From Polyangiales bacterium (GTDB lineage Bacteria > Myxococcota_A > Polyangia > Polyangiales > Polyangiaceae), in contig JBBRNJ010000053.1 in assembly GCA_038230375.1 (NCBI GenBank), positions 1-64,000 of the forward strand: DNA of 64,000 nucleotides, given 5' to 3'. Below the pieces are notes generated by a model, which searched no databases, was not told where the DNA came from, and saw only the letters and a program-made list of their open reading frames with translations. The position numbers and the translations under genes are program-made. Shown piece after piece: positions 60,057 to 64,000 of the stretch (position 1 is the first letter of the stretch; every line of letters starts with the position of its first letter).

Positions 60057-60102
60057 GCAACGCTTCGCATGGCCCTCGGCCACGCGGGGCGTTTGCTTTT
60101 TT
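60057..60102 (+). terminator. Intrinsic terminator-like hairpin after the SCP2 gene
   Basis: GCAACGCTTCGC-A-TGGCC-CTC-GGCCA-C-GCGGGGCGTTTGC followed by TTTTTT. Confidence 0.65.
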
Positions 60103-60105
60103 GTT

Positions 60106-61278
60106 ATGACAGTGGAGATGACGCCCCTCTCTGGAATCAAGGTGCTGGATCTGAGCCGCCTCTTGCCCGGACCGTTCGCGTCGCTCGCGCTCGCTGACAT
60201 GGGCGCGGCGGTCGACAAGATCGAGGACCCAGGTGGCGGCGACTACCTGCGCCACATGCCGCCGCAGATCGAAGGTATCTCCAGCATCTTTCTGGCGCTG
60301 AACCGCGGCAAGCGGAGCGCCGTGCTGGATCTGAAGAAGCCGGAGGCACGCGCGCTCTTTCTTCGCATGGTGAAGACGTACGACGTGCTGCTCGAGCAGT
60401 TCCGGCCCGGCGTGCTCGACCGCCTGGGCCTGTCGCACGAGACGCTGCTCGCCGCGAATCCGAAGCTCGTGATCTGCGCGCTGACCGGCTACGGGCAGAC
60501 CGGGCCGCTCGCCAAGAAGGCGGGGCACGATCTCAACTACCTCGCGCGCGCGGGCGTGCTCGCGTTCCAGGGCCCACCGGGAGCGCCACCCACGCCGCCC
60601 GGGTTCCAGCTCGCGGACGTGAGCGGCGGGCTCTACGCGGTCATCGGCATCCTGGGTGCGCTGCGTGAGCGCGATCGCAGCGGCAAGGGCGCGGTCGTGG
60701 ACGTGTCCATGCTGGAGTCAGCGATGGGCTTCGCGATGAGCGGCATCGGCGCGCTGTTCGGCGGACAGACACCCGCGCGCGGGAACGAGCCGCTGTCGGG
60801 CGGCATCGCGCCGTACAACACCTACGCAACGAAGGACGGAAAGTACGTGACGCTCGCGTCGCTCGAGCCAAAGTTCTGGATGGGGTTCGCGTCCGCGGTG
60901 GGCTTGAATGCCGAGATGGGCGCGCTCATGCCGGGGCCGCATCAGGCGGAGCTCAAGGCGAAGCTCACGGAGGTCTTCGCCGGGCGCACACGCGCCGAGT
61001 GGGAGGCGTTCTCCGCGCAGCACGACGTCTGCCTCGAGCCCGTGCTGGAGGCGAACGAATTGATGCAAGATGCACACATTCGCGCGCGCGGCCTCTTCTT
61101 CGAGATGCCATCGCCGTGGGGGAACATCCCGCAGATGCGCCTACCGGTCACCCCCGCAGACGTCTCCCAGATGCGCCCCCCGCCCAGGCAAGGCGAGCAC
61201 ACCGACGAGATCCTCCGGGAGTGCGGCGAAACCGAAGAGACCATGAAAGCGCTCCGCGACGCGCGGGTCATCTCGTAG
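60106..61278 (+). CDS. CaiB/BaiF family III CoA-transferase (AMACR-like)
   Basis: VLDLSRLLPGP, NRGKRS, FRPGV, GYGQTGP, GHDLNY, GEHTDEIL. Confidence 0.93.
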   Translation: MTVEMTPLSGIKVLDLSRLLPGPFASLALADMGAAVDKIEDPGGGDYLRHMPPQIEGISSIFLALNRGKRSAVLDLKKPEARALFLRMVKTYDVLLEQFRPGVLDRLGLSHETLLAANPKLVICALTGYGQTGPLAKKAGHDLNYLARAGVLAFQGPPGAPPTPPGFQLADVSGGLYAVIGILGALRERDRSGKGAVVDVSMLESAMGFAMSGIGALFGGQTPARGNEPLSGGIAPYNTYATKDGKYVTLASLEPKFWMGFASAVGLNAEMGALMPGPHQAELKAKLTEVFAGRTRAEWEAFSAQHDVCLEPVLEANELMQDAHIRARGLFFEMPSPWGNIPQMRLPVTPADVSQMRPPPRQGEHTDEILRECGETEETMKALRDARVIS

Positions 61279-61320
61279 CCATCCGTGGGGATGCTCGCGG
61301 GTGAACTCGCGAGGGGCCGC

Positions 61321-62382
61321 TCAGATCTTTCGGTACTCTTCTATGAACTCCCAGTCGGCGATGATGCCCTTCTTCAGGAGCACCGACAGGAGCGCTGCGA
61401 TGATGGGCTCCCACTGCGGTTCGTCGCCCAGGATCTCGCTCGCGTCGGCGCCGTGCGAGACGGCGCGGAGCGCGCTGATGAGATCGCGCGCGGTCAGCGA
61501 CTCCGACACGCCGCCTGCGGACGGCGGGACCGAGTTGCGGCGATTGCCATTGCGCGCGGGGAGCTGGAGGGTGGTGCCGTCCAGCAGCGTGAGCGCGACC
61601 ATCCGTGGCTTGCTCTGCCGCGCGGGCGGACGCTCCGAGCCCGAGCCTGCGGGCGGTGGGCTGCTGCCACCCGGCGGGGGAACGCTGCCGTACGCGCTGG
61701 GCACATTCGGCGGTGGTGGGACGGAGGGGGGCCGAGGCGCCGGTGAGCTCATGGGGCGCCCATCGGCCGTGCGCGGCATGTTGGGCGCTGGAGGAGGAGG
61801 CGGCATGGGCGGCGCGCCACCGGGGCCCGAGGGCGCGGATGGCGGGGCCGGCGGCCGCGCAGGACGGTCCCTGAGGGTGGAGGGCGTGGGCTCGGCCATG
61901 ACAGACTGCGGGGGCGGCGGAGGTGCCACCATGCCCTCACCATCGAAGTAGTAGACCCGGATGGCGCTCCGGATGTCCGCCGGGGAGGCGATCATCGGGC
62001 GTGTCGGGAGCTGGGCCGCGCGCGCGACCTCGGCGAGCGAGAGCTCGTTCTTGGGGTCGTCGGTGGCGACATAGAGGGTCTCGCCCTGCCCCTTCACATG
62101 GCGCACGAAGATCGGGATCAGGCAGTATTTCTCCGCCATTTCGCGCGGAACGCGGTTGAGGAGCTGGCGCGAAAAATCGATGTGGTAGAGCGACACCCAC
62201 GGCACGCCGAGCTGCAAGCTCAGGGTCTGTGTGAGCTGCGCCTCGCTGATCCACCCGCGCTCGAGGAGCACGTGGCCAATCTTCTTGCCAGGGGGTCGGG
62301 GCTGGGCGAGCGCCTCCTCGAGCTGCTCACGCGAGATGACCTTGGCGTTGACGAGAAGCTCACCGATCAGGTGCTTGGCCAC
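61321..62382 (-). CDS. Stand-alone MshEN (T2SSE N-terminal) domain protein with Pro-rich linker
   Basis: LIGELLVNAKVISREQLEEAL and KIGHVLLERGWISEAQLTQTL tandem motifs; no ATPase domain. Confidence 0.85.
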   Translation of the reverse strand: MAKHLIGELLVNAKVISREQLEEALAQPRPPGKKIGHVLLERGWISEAQLTQTLSLQLGVPWVSLYHIDFSRQLLNRVPREMAEKYCLIPIFVRHVKGQGETLYVATDDPKNELSLAEVARAAQLPTRPMIASPADIRSAIRVYYFDGEGMVAPPPPPQSVMAEPTPSTLRDRPARPPAPPSAPSGPGGAPPMPPPPPAPNMPRTADGRPMSSPAPRPPSVPPPPNVPSAYGSVPPPGGSSPPPAGSGSERPPARQSKPRMVALTLLDGTTLQLPARNGNRRNSVPPSAGGVSESLTARDLISALRAVSHGADASEILGDEPQWEPIIAALLSVLLKKGIIADWEFIEEYRKI

Positions 62383-62497
62383 GTCGCAATCCTACCCAGG
62401 CGCTCCGTCCGCGCAAAGGCTTCTCCGTTGTTCCGGTCACCGAATTCGCGTGATAGCTTCGACGAGGGGTATTTCCGAGACGGTACCGACCGAACGA

Positions 62498-64000
62498 ATG
62501 CGACTTTGTCCCCAATGCCAGAGCACGTGTGACGATGGACACAAGTTTTGTCCATCCTGCGGCTTCCCCGTAAGCAAGGTCGCAACGAACACGGACGACC
62601 CGATGATCGGGCGGACGCTTCCGGGCGGATACATCATCCTGGACCTGGTCGGCATCGGCGGCATGGGGCGCGTCTACCGCGCGGAGCAGACGGCGCTGTC
62701 CCGCACCGTCGCCGTGAAGGTCATTCACCCGCACCTTGTTGGCGAGGAGAACACCGCTGCTCGCTTCATCACCGAAGCGCGCGCTGCGAGCCGGCTGAAT
62801 CATCCGAACTCCGTCGGCGTCATCGACTTCGGCAAGACGGACGACGGGCAGCTGTACCTGGTCATGGAGTTCTTGCGCGGCAAGGATCTCGCGCGCGTCC
62901 AGTACGAGGCCGGATCGCTCACGTTCCGCCGCACGGTCAGTATCCTGCGGCAGGTGCTCGCGGCGCTCGCAGAAGCGCACCACCTGGAGATCATCCACCG
63001 CGACCTCAAGCCCGAGAACATCATCCTGGAGCCCGTGCGCTCCGGTGGCGACTTCGTGAAGGTCGTGGACTTCGGCCTTGCCAAGATGCGCGCGGAGACC
63101 ACCGCACCAGGCATCACGAGCCCCGGCATCGTCTGCGGCACGCCCGAGTACATGAGCCCGGAGCAGGGTCGTGGCGACACGCTCGACCCCCGCAGTGACC
63201 TCTACGCCGTTGGCGTCGTCATGTATCAGCTCCTGTCTGGGCGGCTGCCGTTCGAGGCCGAGTCTCCGACACAGGTCGTGCTCATGCACATCGGCGAGCC
63301 GCCGAAGGACCCGCGCGAGGTCGCGCCCGAGCGTGAGATCCCGGCGGGGCTCGTGACTGTCTGCTTGAAGGCGCTCCAGAAGGAGCCGGAGCAACGGTTC
63401 TCCAACGCCGACGAGTTCTCCGACGCTCTCGACAACGCGATGGCGGAGATCGACCGCGTCGCGCCGCGCCCGCTGATCGCGCCGCAGACCGTGAAGTGCG
63501 CCAAGTGTGGCGGGGTGAACCCCTTCACGCAGAAGTTCTGCGGCGACTGCGGCGTGTCGCTCGCGGGGGCGAAATCGATCATACCGCCAGCGCCCAGCAT
63601 CGACGCTTCGGCCGACACGTCGGGCGGCGCGTCCGTGGTGAACCAGAACGGCGGCTCGCCGAAGCCTGGAATCGGCGCAGGGAACGGGCGACACGACCCC
63701 CAGCAGTTCCCACTGCCTCTGGTCGGAAGGGACGAAGACCTTGCCTGGCTCAACGACCGTCGCAATGACGCCAAGACCTCGCTGATCGGCGCGCGCGTCG
63801 TCGGCGACTCCGGCATGGGCAAGACCCGCTTGCTCAAGGAGTTCCTCGCGAAGTGCCGCGCCGCGGGCGACGTCGTCGTCATCACCGGCCCGGACCCGAA
63901 CTGGGCCGAGGTCGGCTATTTTGCGCTGCGCTTCGCGATCCGCGCACTCGCTGGCCTGTCCGAAAAGCCTGCCGCGAAGGACTGGGCGAACGCGAGCACG
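62498..64000 (+). CDS. Ser/Thr protein kinase with Zn ribbons and AAA ATPase domain (truncated by the window end)
   Basis: MRLCPQCQ..FCPSCG; GIGGMGRVY, VAVK, HRDLKPEN, DFG, GTPEYMSPE; CAKCG..FCGDCG; GDSGMGKT. Confidence 0.93.
   Translation, partial: MRLCPQCQSTCDDGHKFCPSCGFPVSKVATNTDDPMIGRTLPGGYIILDLVGIGGMGRVYRAEQTALSRTVAVKVIHPHLVGEENTAARFITEARAASRLNHPNSVGVIDFGKTDDGQLYLVMEFLRGKDLARVQYEAGSLTFRRTVSILRQVLAALAEAHHLEIIHRDLKPENIILEPVRSGGDFVKVVDFGLAKMRAETTAPGITSPGIVCGTPEYMSPEQGRGDTLDPRSDLYAVGVVMYQLLSGRLPFEAESPTQVVLMHIGEPPKDPREVAPEREIPAGLVTVCLKALQKEPEQRFSNADEFSDALDNAMAEIDRVAPRPLIAPQTVKCAKCGGVNPFTQKFCGDCGVSLAGAKSIIPPAPSIDASADTSGGASVVNQNGGSPKPGIGAGNGRHDPQQFPLPLVGRDEDLAWLNDRRNDAKTSLIGARVVGDSGMGKTRLLKEFLAKCRAAGDVVVITGPDPNWAEVGYFALRFAIRALAGLSEKPAAKDWANAST

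Overview
High-GC chromosomal window that looks myxobacterial (Polyangiaceae/Labilithrix-like, inferred from the many Cys-anchored lipoproteins, DUF4388/MshEN/FHA-GGDEF/Ser-Thr kinase signalling genes and sigma54 promoters). It holds about 58 CDS and one tRNA-Pro(UGG); I found no integrase, transposase or CRISPR array. The best candidate for an undescribed system is at 17419-20176: a RING + TROVE-like + TerD protein (MXAN_6230/SCO0854-like) sits directly downstream of a compact structured RNA on the same strand (nested stems, cUUCGg tetraloop, UCCUUCUA loop, and a second 11-bp hairpin), which could be a Y-RNA-like partner or an autoregulatory leader. Other notable items are: a sigma54/NtrC-type regulon readable from the DNA (two promoters with identically spaced tandem TGCACA-N4-TGTGCA sites); a methyltransferase/PLP-decarboxylase/flavoprotein mini-cluster with a divergent ATPase-type regulator; an ECF sigma factor fused to a membrane-anchored anti-sigma-like domain; a SufS/SufU pair embedded in a molybdo-hydroxylase operon; and a HExxH metallopeptidase fused to a VHL-beta-like domain. 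All family assignments come from visual motif recognition, not database searches, and many start codons are estimates.
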